Shown here one piece after another: positions 1 through 9,090 of a stretch of DNA of 58,565 nt (position 1 is the stretch's first letter; each line of letters begins with the position of its first letter). The notes under the pieces were generated by a model. The model was not told the origin of the DNA, searched no databases, and was given only the letters and a program-made list of their open reading frames with translations. Position numbers and translations under genes: made by a program. This DNA is from a virus (Duplodnaviria > Caudoviricetes). The stretch covers positions 1 to 58,565 of the IMG/VR virus record IMGVR_UViG_3300036861_000141. One strand, written 5' to 3'.

Positions 1-127
1 GCGGCGCGCGCCGCGGTCCGCGGATGTGGAATCGCCCGGTTCGTCAGACGGCGGCGTCGGCCGCGGACCGCGGGGAGAAACGCCGATGAGCGCGTACTGC
101 ACCTGTGGCGCATGGCGCGGGCAACTC
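1..127. repeat. Terminal direct repeat, identical to 58439-58565 (circular assembly overlap)
   Basis: The first 127 nt match the last 127 nt exactly, and an ORF reads in frame across the junction. Confidence 0.97.
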
Positions 128-1252
128 GGGCAGGAACCAACGCCGGATCTGTTCATCGCGCATCTGGTCGAGATCTTTCGCGAAGTGCGGCGCGTGCTCA
201 GAGCTGACGGTACGTGCTGGCTAAACATGGGCGACTGTTACAACGCCTACAACGGCGGCGCCGGCCCGTCGAGCGGTATCGAGAAACCGGATTATCCGCG
301 CACGACGCAGCGGCCTCAGATGCCGAGCGGTTACGGTCTGCGCGACAAGTCGCTGAAGCCGAAGGACCTCGTGGGCATTCCGTGGATGCTCGCGTTCGCG
401 CTACGGGCCGATGGCTGGTATCTGCGCGCCGAGAACATCTGGGCCAAGGGCTTGAGTTTCTGCGAGTCCTACGCGGGATCAGTGATGCCGGAGTCCGTGA
501 CGGATCGGCCGACGCGGAGCCATGAGCAGGTGTTCCTGCTGACCAAGAGCGAGCGGTACTTCTACGACCACGAAGGCGTGAAAGAAAAGGGCGTCTATCC
601 GGCTGGCACCATCGCGGCCAAGGGATCAGGTGAACGCGAGGGTAATCGGCGCGGGACGCGCAAGAAGGACCTTATAGGCGTGCGCGCCGCCAGCACGGAG
701 CGGCGACAGGGCGGTAGCTTTCAAGATCGCGTAGATGCCGGTTACGCCTGTTACGACGGCACGCGGAACCTTCGCACCGTCTGGGCAATTGGCGTGGAGC
801 CCTACCACGAAGCCCATTTCGCGACGTTTCCGCCTGCCCTGGTCGATCCATGCCTGCGTGCCGGAACGAGCCAGAAAGGCGCCTGTGTGACTTGTGGCGC
901 ACCGTGGGTGCGCGTCGTCGATTACGAGCCGATGCCAGACGAGATCAAGGCGCAGTTTGAAGCGGCTCGAGTGCGCACCGGAGAGGACCACGGCCGCGAT
1001 GATGGTTTCACTACGCGACGGCCGAACTACCAGCGCAAGCGTATCGGTGAACGATGGGAGCCATCTTGTGAATGCAAAAACCAGCGCGCAGAGCCGTGCC
1101 GTGTGCTCGATCCGTTCGCCGGGAGCGGCACCGTTGGGGAAGTCTGCGAGCTGATGCGCCTGAAGTTCATCGGGATCGATCTCGGGTATCACGACATCTC
1201 GGAGCGGCGGATCAATTCAGTAGCTCCGTTATTCAGCGAGCAGAGTGCATGA
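1..1252 (+). CDS. DNA methyltransferase (N4-C/N6-A, beta class), 3' part
   Basis: Motifs EVRRVLRADGTCWLNMGD, HFATFP and the SAM-binding DPFAGSGT; Cys-rich inserts. Confidence 0.92.
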   Translation, partial: RRAPRSADVESPGSSDGGVGRGPRGETPMSAYCTCGAWRGQLGQEPTPDLFIAHLVEIFREVRRVLRADGTCWLNMGDCYNAYNGGAGPSSGIEKPDYPRTTQRPQMPSGYGLRDKSLKPKDLVGIPWMLAFALRADGWYLRAENIWAKGLSFCESYAGSVMPESVTDRPTRSHEQVFLLTKSERYFYDHEGVKEKGVYPAGTIAAKGSGEREGNRRGTRKKDLIGVRAASTERRQGGSFQDRVDAGYACYDGTRNLRTVWAIGVEPYHEAHFATFPPALVDPCLRAGTSQKGACVTCGAPWVRVVDYEPMPDEIKAQFEAARVRTGEDHGRDDGFTTRRPNYQRKRIGERWEPSCECKNQRAEPCRVLDPFAGSGTVGEVCELMRLKFIGIDLGYHDISERRINSVAPLFSEQSA

Positions 1253-1390
1253 CCACGATCCGCTGTCTCTGCACCACCGAGTATCTGATCCCTGATGCCT
1301 GGGATCTGTTCCTCTGCTCAGTGTGTGGAAGACGTGTGAATCTGCAAGAGGTGAAGATTCTTTCGCTGGTGGACAGTTCCGAAGAGACGC

Positions 1391-1963
1391 ATGAAAAAGG
1401 ATAAGCAGACAGTTTCTAAGTCCCGCCTGTTGTCGATGGCCCGTCGGCGGTTGGGTATTGGTTCTACCCGTGGCGGTAAGCGCGTCGTCTTTGAGGCAGT
1501 TGCCAAGTCGATGGGCGTGTCCGCGCCAGCCGGCAAGGTCGAAGGATACAAACTCCTAGCCCGATATTGCGGGATGACGCCTGTCCCCACAACCGGCACG
1601 AATCAGAAGTTCGCGCCTAGCGCCAGCACAGTCACGGCAGATGTCAATTCGCTGGCGTTCCTTGAGAGTTATGAGTGGCGCCGTCTGCGGATGGAAGTCT
1701 TAGTAAAGCGTGGCGCTCGCTGCGAGTGCTGCGGAGCCACCCCGAAGGATGGCCTTCGGATGCACGTTGATCACATTAAGCCGCGTCGATTGTTTCCGGC
1801 GTTGGCTCTTGATGAAAGCAACCTTCAGGTGCTGTGCGAAGTCTGCAACCACGGGAAGGGGAATTGGGATCAGACCGACTGGCGACCAAAAGCAGAGCCG
1901 ATTCCAGCGGTCATGCCGATGCCAGTGGATCCGATGAGGCCGAGGCTTGTTAAACGGGCGTAA
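1391..1963 (+). CDS. HNH endonuclease
   Basis: CECCG...HVDHIKP...NLQVLCEVCNHGK. Confidence 0.9.
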   Translation: MKKDKQTVSKSRLLSMARRRLGIGSTRGGKRVVFEAVAKSMGVSAPAGKVEGYKLLARYCGMTPVPTTGTNQKFAPSASTVTADVNSLAFLESYEWRRLRMEVLVKRGARCECCGATPKDGLRMHVDHIKPRRLFPALALDESNLQVLCEVCNHGKGNWDQTDWRPKAEPIPAVMPMPVDPMRPRLVKRA

Positions 1964-1975
1964 GGGCGGCGGCGG

Positions 1976-2869
1976 ATGGCGAGACCAGGGCTTACGAACC
2001 ACAGGAAGTTTCGCCGGCTTGCCAAACAACTCGGGTCAGCCGTCATCGCTCGCGGCGTCCTTGAGTTGATTTGGGAGTCCTGTTACGAGAGCGGCGATGA
2101 GTACGTTGGAACGGCTGAGGATATTGACCACTTAATCGGGTGGACTGGAGAGATGGGGATTGTAGCGGCGGCGCTGGTATCGGCTGGACAACCGGAAGGG
2201 CACGGCTTTCTTGAGCCGGTGTCGGCTGACGGGGCAGGCGGACCACTGCGCTACCGGGTACATGACCTGTGGCATCACGCGCCCGATTACGTGACCAAGC
2301 GGCGGAAGCGAGAGATGGAGCGACGGGAACGATCCGAACCTGTGTCCGCCGAACGGCGCCAAACGGCGCCGACTTCGGACAGCCAGGACGGAGATGTTCT
2401 CCCTCCCTCTCCCTCTCCCGCACCCTCACCCGCTCCCGCAGCGAAGAACGTTAGCGCCGAGCCGCCTCGCGGCACGACGCTGGCAGCCTCGGTTGTCCTC
2501 GAGTTTCCAACGGTGGGCAAGGGGTTAGGAACTTGGGCATTGACGGACGCACAGGTGGCGGACTGGCAGACGTGCTATCCGGGCATCAACGTGGAGTCCG
2601 AGTGTCGCAAGGCGCTGGCGTGGGTGCGGGCGAAGTTGGACCGACGCAAAACGGCTCGTGGCATGGCGGCGTTTCTCGTGGGTTGGCTGAATCGGAGCAA
2701 TGACCGGGGTGGACGAGCGCCAGCAGGCGCGGGCCACGCGGCACCGCAGCCAGAGCGAGACATTTGGACGTGTCGGCACATCGAGGAGTGTTCGCACCGG
2801 GCGATGTGTGAGCACAAGAACAACATGCCGCAGAAGTATCCGAAACGTGACGAGACGGAAGCCTCGTAA
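1976..2869 (+). CDS. Putative replication initiator / replisome organiser
   Basis: N-terminal HRKFRRLA helix region, Pro/Ser linker, C-terminal YPGINV..ECRKALAW...RRKT..GM..FLVGWLNR domain typical of phage replication proteins; located in the early region. Confidence 0.65.
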   Translation: MARPGLTNHRKFRRLAKQLGSAVIARGVLELIWESCYESGDEYVGTAEDIDHLIGWTGEMGIVAAALVSAGQPEGHGFLEPVSADGAGGPLRYRVHDLWHHAPDYVTKRRKREMERRERSEPVSAERRQTAPTSDSQDGDVLPPSPSPAPSPAPAAKNVSAEPPRGTTLAASVVLEFPTVGKGLGTWALTDAQVADWQTCYPGINVESECRKALAWVRAKLDRRKTARGMAAFLVGWLNRSNDRGGRAPAGAGHAAPQPERDIWTCRHIEECSHRAMCEHKNNMPQKYPKRDETEAS

Positions 2870-3126
2870 GCGCGGCCACTATTCCCCGTGCAAGACGCAA
2901 GCGGACTGCTTAGGGAAGTTATTTGCTGATGCGAAGAAAGCGCGTGAAGCGAGCTAAGCCGGAGTACTACGTGGAGCCGTTCAGCAGTTGCGGCTCATGC
3001 GTCTCTGGGTGGATTGAGACACCGAAAGGCGCCGGTACGGTGCTGGTGCCTCAAGGCGTGGCTGAACGACGGCAGGGGTGACGTGAAGGATCTGGAGTAG
3101 CGGTATCCGCAGCAGAAGGGAAGCGT

Positions 3127-3372
3127 ATGAGCGAGTGGAAGCCGATTGAGGCAGAAGACGGCGAAAGATGGCCGTGGTGCTACGAGTTCGACGCGCACGC
3201 CTCAGCGCATCGGTTCTGTGTTGACCATCAGGCGAACTGGTGCTTCGCGTGCGACGGCGGCCAGTGTCCGGAATGCGTCGATGACCCTCACTGCCGGTAC
3301 TGTCATTGCGCGCTGAACGAGGAATATCACGATTGGGACTGTGCGTTTGCTGGCGATGAAGACTGCGAATGA
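3127..3372 (+). CDS. Small Cys/His-rich (zinc-binding) hypothetical protein
   Basis: Multiple CxxC motifs. Confidence 0.5.
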   Translation: MSEWKPIEAEDGERWPWCYEFDAHASAHRFCVDHQANWCFACDGGQCPECVDDPHCRYCHCALNEEYHDWDCAFAGDEDCE

Positions 3373-3431
3373 ACCTTCGGAGGCGGGTGTCACCCCATGA
3401 CCCGCCCAACGGACAGAGCGGAAGCGCTGAA

Positions 3432-4166
3432 ATGATTCATTACCACGGCCTCCCGATCACCCCAGCGACCGCCGCTGAAGTGGCGATCCGGGCAGGCCAT
3501 GCCTTTGTGTCGTTCGCGCATCCGGGGCAACTCGGGTTAGCCGTGGCCGCGTGTCAGTCGCTCGCGATTGACTGTGCCGCGTATTCCGCGTGGCGTAGCG
3601 GGAAGCCCGTTGAGGACTGGACGCCGTATTACACCTTTGCTGCCTCCGCGAAGAAGTTACCCATGTGCGATTTTGCCGTCGTGCCGGATGTGATCGACGG
3701 CACGGAAGCCGAGAACGATTCGCTCGTGGCGGAATGGCCGTTGCCGCGTTGGTTCGGTGCTCCGGTGTGGCATCTTCACGAATCGCTCGGACGATTGGAA
3801 CGGCTGGCTTCAGAGTGGCCGCGCGTCTGCCTTGGCAGCTCCGGCGATTACGCGCAGATCGGGACGCCACGATGGTGGCAGCGGATGGGGCACGCGATGC
3901 GCGTTGTGTGCGATGACGCCGGACAGCCGATCTGTCGCCTGCATGGCCTGCGAATGCTTGACCCTGGCATCTTCTCGCGGTTCCCGTTTGCGTCCGCCGA
4001 CAGCGTGAACATCGGCCGGAACATCGGGATCGATCAGGCGTGGCGCGGACCATACGCCCCACCGACGAAGGAAAGCCGGACGCAACTCATGCGTTCGCGC
4101 GTCGAGAGCGTCAACGCGCCGAGCGCGTACGACTTCAGTCACCAGCAATCGGAGTTCGCACTGTAA
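3432..4166 (+). CDS. TGT/DpdA-like (tRNA-guanine transglycosylase fold) protein
   Basis: Motifs IDCAAYS (DxGAFS-like), VPDVI, PVWH, CLGS, LHGL and SADS occur in the order seen in TGT/DpdA-like TIM barrels. Confidence 0.6.
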   Translation: MIHYHGLPITPATAAEVAIRAGHAFVSFAHPGQLGLAVAACQSLAIDCAAYSAWRSGKPVEDWTPYYTFAASAKKLPMCDFAVVPDVIDGTEAENDSLVAEWPLPRWFGAPVWHLHESLGRLERLASEWPRVCLGSSGDYAQIGTPRWWQRMGHAMRVVCDDAGQPICRLHGLRMLDPGIFSRFPFASADSVNIGRNIGIDQAWRGPYAPPTKESRTQLMRSRVESVNAPSAYDFSHQQSEFAL

Positions 4167-4417
4167 TGGCGATTGAGAATCGCGGCTTTGCGTCGGTGGA
4201 TACCGAGACGATGCGACGGATCGCCAGCGAGGGCGGTAAGGCCGCACACCATTACGGCACCGCGCGGAAGTGGACATTAGAAGAGGCGCGGGAAGCAGGC
4301 CGACTTGGCAAGCGCGCGTCGGATGAAGCGAAGCGTCGAAAGAAAGCGGCGAACGCGGAAGCGAGCATCAGAAACGAAGCGGTGACTACCAGCAACCAAG
4401 GGGAGCTAGATGAGTGA
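4166..4417 (+). CDS. KGG-motif general stress protein-like
   Basis: RGFASVD.E.MRRIASEGGKAAH...EEAREAGRLG; ATG overlaps the upstream TAA. Confidence 0.75.
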   Translation: MAIENRGFASVDTETMRRIASEGGKAAHHYGTARKWTLEEAREAGRLGKRASDEAKRRKKAANAEASIRNEAVTTSNQGELDE

Positions 4418-4977
4418 ATCGTTCACGATGAAATCGAAAGATGGCAGGCGCGAGGTGTCGGCCTACTTGGATGCGGCTGGTGGATGGTCATCGCTGCGCG
4501 GATGGCGCATGTCATTTACGAAGCGCACCCAGACCCGATCAGAGACGCGAGATGGCTGGACGCGCACGAAGACCGAAGCCGTCAAGCGAGCCAAGGCGTT
4601 CATCACGTTGATTGCCAAGAAGAAACGTCTGGCATGACTGATCGGTCCTCGCCCGCGGGGCACGAGCAAACAAGGGTGAAGCGATGAAAAGCGCGGACAC
4701 ATGCCGTCAAGGCTGGGAGTCGAAGCACCCCGAATGGGGCAGCACCTTCCCGAATCCGTGTAGACGGTGCGGCTGGTCGCAGGCGGATCATGCGTCTCAC
4801 GATGCCGCGCGCCATCGCCGCGAGATCGTCGAACCGATCGTGACGCGGATCGAGAAGTTCAAAGGATCTACCGGAATCGGTTGGTTGAACGAAGAGGTGC
4901 AGGCGTGGGCGATGATGCTGAGGACGCTACTGTGACGCCCGCGGGGCACGCGCAGGCGGAACGGAAAGCAGGCTGAG

Positions 4978-5970
4978 ATGTACGAATGGGTGTGCCATGA
5001 CTGCCAGCACGTGTGTAACACGCCACGCGAGAAAGCTGAACACGTATGCCTCGCGGTGCTCCCACCCGTGGAGCCGCCGCAGGAGCCGGAGCGCTCGCAA
5101 TCAAAGGCTGCTCTTGGCGTGATCGGTATGACATTCTGCGAGAGTCGTAACGTGCGCGGCGTGAATTGCTGCGATGACGAAGAGGCCAGTTTTTGCCCGT
5201 CGTGTTACGCGCGGCGAACGCTAGAGAAGCTCAAGGCCGCACCCGTCGCGCCGCCGCAGGTCTACTTAGATCACAGCGATGGCACCTACCGTGTTCATTG
5301 CTGTGGCGCGGTGGTGTGCAACGGCCCACTGACACATAGAGACGACTGTGAGGCCGCACCCGTCGCGCCGGAGCCGCCACAGAAGATCGTCAGCCAAGCG
5401 GACTTAGATCGCGTGCGACTTGGCGAGCAAGTGCTGTTCTCAGGCATCGTGGCGGTGCTATTCCCTGACGGCGAGCACTGGTGCATCCAAAGCCGAGAGA
5501 TTGACTACTGTTCGGGAGCGCCGACAAAAGAGCAGGCGTTTACCGGTTTCAAGCTAGGTTTCATCGCGGACGTGCTGCTGCACATGAATCCGCGTATCCA
5601 GTGGCCGAAGCCGTCTCCAGAGGACGTGTGGAACGAGTTAACAACGCGCGACGGAGCGGAATTGTTGAAGTTCTACTTCACTAACGAATCCTCAACTCTC
5701 TCGCCGTCAGACGCCGGATACCGAGAGAAGGTCAGGCAAAGGAGCAATATGGAAACTGGTGAATTTCACAACGTAGACGGCTGGTATTACAAGCGCATGG
5801 AAGACGGAGCGGTTCGTATTCGCAAGAGAGCCACGGCGCACGATGACGCGCCGGTTGTAGCGGAAGTCACGATCCCTGAAAACGAGTGGGCCTCTATCGT
5901 CGCGCACGTCACAAAGAGCGGCGAGACGGGCGAATCGTGGCAGGCAGCGCGCAATTTTCACGCGACGTAA
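4978..5970 (+). CDS. Mosaic hypothetical protein with repeated AAPVAP(E)PPQ linkers
   Basis: Exact 20-bp repeat at 5234-5253 and 5351-5370; internal RBS and in-frame ATG at 5749. Confidence 0.6.
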   Translation: MYEWVCHDCQHVCNTPREKAEHVCLAVLPPVEPPQEPERSQSKAALGVIGMTFCESRNVRGVNCCDDEEASFCPSCYARRTLEKLKAAPVAPPQVYLDHSDGTYRVHCCGAVVCNGPLTHRDDCEAAPVAPEPPQKIVSQADLDRVRLGEQVLFSGIVAVLFPDGEHWCIQSREIDYCSGAPTKEQAFTGFKLGFIADVLLHMNPRIQWPKPSPEDVWNELTTRDGAELLKFYFTNESSTLSPSDAGYREKVRQRSNMETGEFHNVDGWYYKRMEDGAVRIRKRATAHDDAPVVAEVTIPENEWASIVAHVTKSGETGESWQAARNFHAT

Positions 5971-6004
5971 TGCCTACGAATTGACCTCCTTGATTACGGA
6001 GACC

Positions 6005-6059
6005 ACGTGAGGTAGCGGGGCCGCCCGCACACCGCCACTCACGTTTACAAAGTGTGGGC
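6005..6059 (+). ncRNA. Candidate H-type pseudoknot leader
   Basis: Stem ACGUGAG (6005-6011)/CUCACGU (6038-6044); loop GCCCGCAC (6023-6030) pairs with downstream GUGUGGGC (6052-6059). Confidence 0.45.
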
Positions 6060-6079
6060 ATATTCGGAGCTAGAACCCG

Positions 6080-6226
6080 ATGACTGACAAGAGCAAGGAA
6101 GTGGAAGCGTTGATCGACAAGGCGTCCAAGGCTGAGAAGTCAGAGGATGCGCTGCGGTTTTCGCAAGCGGCGTGCAATGCGGCCAATGCGATGTGCGCCG
6201 TGAAGATCGCAACAACGGACAAGTAG
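6080..6226 (+). CDS. 48-aa small protein, absent from the ORF track
   Basis: MTDKSKEVEALIDKASKAEKSEDALRFSQAACNAANAMCAVKIATTDK; GGAG upstream and a GC hairpin downstream. Confidence 0.7.
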   Translation: MTDKSKEVEALIDKASKAEKSEDALRFSQAACNAANAMCAVKIATTDK

Positions 6227-8251
6227 ATGGACGGCGGGGGTTTAACGCCTCCGCCTCCCTCCTTGATCACCGGAGACAGGTAAATAAAGAAACGCATTGT
6301 TCCGTCCGCGCAAGAGCGTCGATGGCTTCGGCTCAAGCTCGAAGTGGCGTGCGGCTTCCAGCGTGGCACTGACGTGCTGCTCGATGGCGATTGGCTCTCC
6401 CAAAACGACGTGACGTTGACGGAGAACGGACGGCTTGCCGATTGGATAGCAGGCTGTCTTATGGCGAGTTTGGCGGTGACGGAGACAGGAGCCTAAATGA
6501 GCAACAAACTCGGGAAACCGCTAGACGCATCTTGCGACAACGTGTTGGCATGGCGTCTCGCCGAGGCGCTGAACGAGGCAATGGTCGCCAAGGCTGGCGA
6601 TCCTATTGATCGTGGCTTGGCGCTTCTGCGAACGTTGCGAGCGCGAGGCTTCACGGTGTACCACAACGAGGCGGCAGATCCAGGAGACCGCCACCCATGA
6701 GCGAGCAGAAGAACGAATTGCCGTGTTGCCCTCAGTGCTTTCGGAACAGTAATGTGCGCCCGCTGTCAGTGGGACTTGTCGGCGGCTATCCGCAGACGGT
6801 GGATTACGAATGCTCCGCATGCGGCCGAGTATTCAAGCCGGTAATAGGCCGTGGCATCGGCCCAATCGTGACTCCGGATCACTCATGACTCCAGACTCGC
6901 GATATCTCGTGTTCGGCGCGACGTGTCCACCACTGTGGAAGCAGTTAGGTAGGAAGCCCAGCGACCCGATGTGCAGCATGTGGCAGGAACGTGCCGACGC
7001 AATTACGAGGTTAGCTGTGTGCGGGCTACTCACTGAGGCTGAACGGCATCGTGCCCGTAAGCGTCTGTTGGCGCGCATCGTGAGGAACCTACCGTGATGA
7101 CTCCAGACCCGCTCACGTTTCCAACGTGCGGCTGTGTCGCCCCAAGCGCGTGCTGCCATGACCTCCAAGCCAGCGTCCGCGCCCTCCGCGACGCCCAGGA
7201 AGAGATTGCGGACCTGCTGCAGCAAGGCTCCGAGTGGGAAGGTCTAGCGTTGGAACGGTGGCAGGAGATCGAGCGGCTGCGCCAGGAGCTCGACGAAGCT
7301 CACGCGCTCATCGAACAGATGCGGAAGGACGTCCATGCCTGACGAGCGCGAGATCCTCGCCTCCCTCCGTCAGTCGCTCGCCCAAATGGCCGGCGAAATA
7401 GAGGAACAGGCCGAGGCGCGGAGATATGAGGCAACGGCGTCAGCCACTCGGCAGGAATTACGAGCGTGGGCACAGCGTCTGCGATCCCTGGCGGAGATCC
7501 CAGGACAGGAACAGAAAGAAAAGAACGGTGAGTCGCGTATGGACGAACCGAGTCATGCGAACATCGGCAACACGCGGCCACCGACTGACTAATTCAATCG
7601 CTGGTGCATTCGATCAGCGTCGTGAATCGTTGCGGCTTACGTGGAGCATCGGCGGGTACAATTCGACGCGGAGGAGACATGACTGACGTTCAATTACGCG
7701 TGCTGCTCTCGCACCTGAAAGCGCGGCTCGATGATGCGATCGACATCGCGGAGGACAAACTGCCGGAGGAGTTGAAGGTCACGCCGCAGCATCCGGAATT
7801 GCTCAAGGCGTTTGAGCCGCTGCTTCAGAAGCCACAACCGTACATTCCGCAGTTAGCAGAACTGTATGCGTTGCAACAGGCGCTCGCGGAAGACATTGAA
7901 CGGCTCGACGCGGCCACACCAGACAATCGGCGCAAGTCGCTCACAAGTTGAAAGTGCCCGATCCTGCTCCCCAGACGGAGATCCCATGAGTGACCAGGGC
8001 TTTAGCGCCAAACGCAGCAACGAGATTGCGGAGGCGACGTTCCGGCTGTCGCGCTGGTTCAAGGCGAGCGGCGTCGAGCGACCGAACGAGTTCATGGAGC
8101 TGTTGGCGCTGATTGTCGTCGCTGAGGATCAGACGTTGACGCCGGCCAAGATCGCGCACGGGCAAGAGATCGCCCGGCGGCATGATGCTGCACCACCGGA
8201 ACCCAGACGTCTAGGCAGTGATCAGCAGGACATCGGAAAGATACGGCAAGG

Positions 8252-8482
8252 ATGAGCAAGAAACGCGGCCGCGCGAAAGAACCATCCATTCTCGATCCCT
8301 TTACGCATCCGAAGTCCTCGGTGTGTCTCAGGGTCGCTGCAGAGTTTCTAGGGATCGACGTTCGTACCCTCCGCACCAGGATTCACCTCCGCAAGATTCC
8401 CGCATGGCACGACGAGAAGGTCTACCGGATCAACATCGAAGACCTGATCACCTACCAAGCCGAGAAACAGAAAGCATCCTAA
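8252..8482 (+). CDS. Excisionase/MerR-type HTH DNA-binding protein, possibly a late-gene regulator
   Basis: LRVAAEFLGIDVRTLRTRI...IPA....YRI..EDL; last gene of the early cluster. Confidence 0.7.
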   Translation: MSKKRGRAKEPSILDPFTHPKSSVCLRVAAEFLGIDVRTLRTRIHLRKIPAWHDEKVYRINIEDLITYQAEKQKAS

Positions 8483-8504
8483 AAATAGTTGTACGTGGAA
8501 CCAA

Positions 8505-8523
8505 CATCATCGACATGATGATG
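8505..8523. promoter_or_regulatory. Inverted repeat (possible operator) at the early/late boundary
   Basis: CATCATC-gacat-GATGATG directly downstream of the HTH gene. Confidence 0.35.
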
Positions 8524-8605
8524 CATCCGACAGCCTAGTTTTCTGCGACCCTAGTCCAGCCTTGGCTGTGCCCGCAGCCGTCTTTGCCTTCTGAGTCACG
8601 TCCCT

Positions 8606-9076
8606 ATGGCACATCTCCGTTCACGTCCTGACAGTCAGCGGCTTGACGTCCATGTGTACGCAGAGTCTGCAGAATCCTCGTCTGGCGTGACCGACAAACT
8701 CAATCAAATCATTTCCGCCGTCAGCGCCTTACAGGCGCAAGGAGCACACCTCATGGCCGATCTCACACTTACTAGAGAAGCCCTCGCCACCCTCAACACG
8801 ACCACCAACGAACTCGCCGCGGCTGTCGATAGCGTCATTGTGGCGGATCAGGCGGAAGACGATGCGTTCCGTGCCGAGATTCAGGCGCTGAAAGATCAGA
8901 TTGCGGCCGGCGATCCAGTGACCCAGGCCGATCTGGACGAGCTGACGGCGGGCATGGGCGCGACGACCGCCACGCTTACCGCGGTCAAGTCGGCGTTGCA
9001 GGCGATGGGCTCGAGCCCGGCTGAGCCGATTCCTCCGGTGGATATTCCTCCGGTTGAGCCAATCCCAAACCCGTAA
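8606..9076 (+). CDS. Coiled-coil protein with Pro-rich tail; possible second start at 8753
   Basis: Helical Ala/Leu-rich sequence; AAGGAG before the internal in-frame ATG. Confidence 0.6.
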   Translation: MAHLRSRPDSQRLDVHVYAESAESSSGVTDKLNQIISAVSALQAQGAHLMADLTLTREALATLNTTTNELAAAVDSVIVADQAEDDAFRAEIQALKDQIAAGDPVTQADLDELTAGMGATTATLTAVKSALQAMGSSPAEPIPPVDIPPVEPIPNP

Positions 9077-9090
9077 CGGCTCGGTCGCTG

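Noticed and set aside
11-73. 13-bp inverted repeat CCGCGGTCCGCGG/CCGCGGACCGCGG inside the methyltransferase gene
   Set aside because: It is real but lies in a GC-rich variable loop of coding sequence, and nothing else supports a function.
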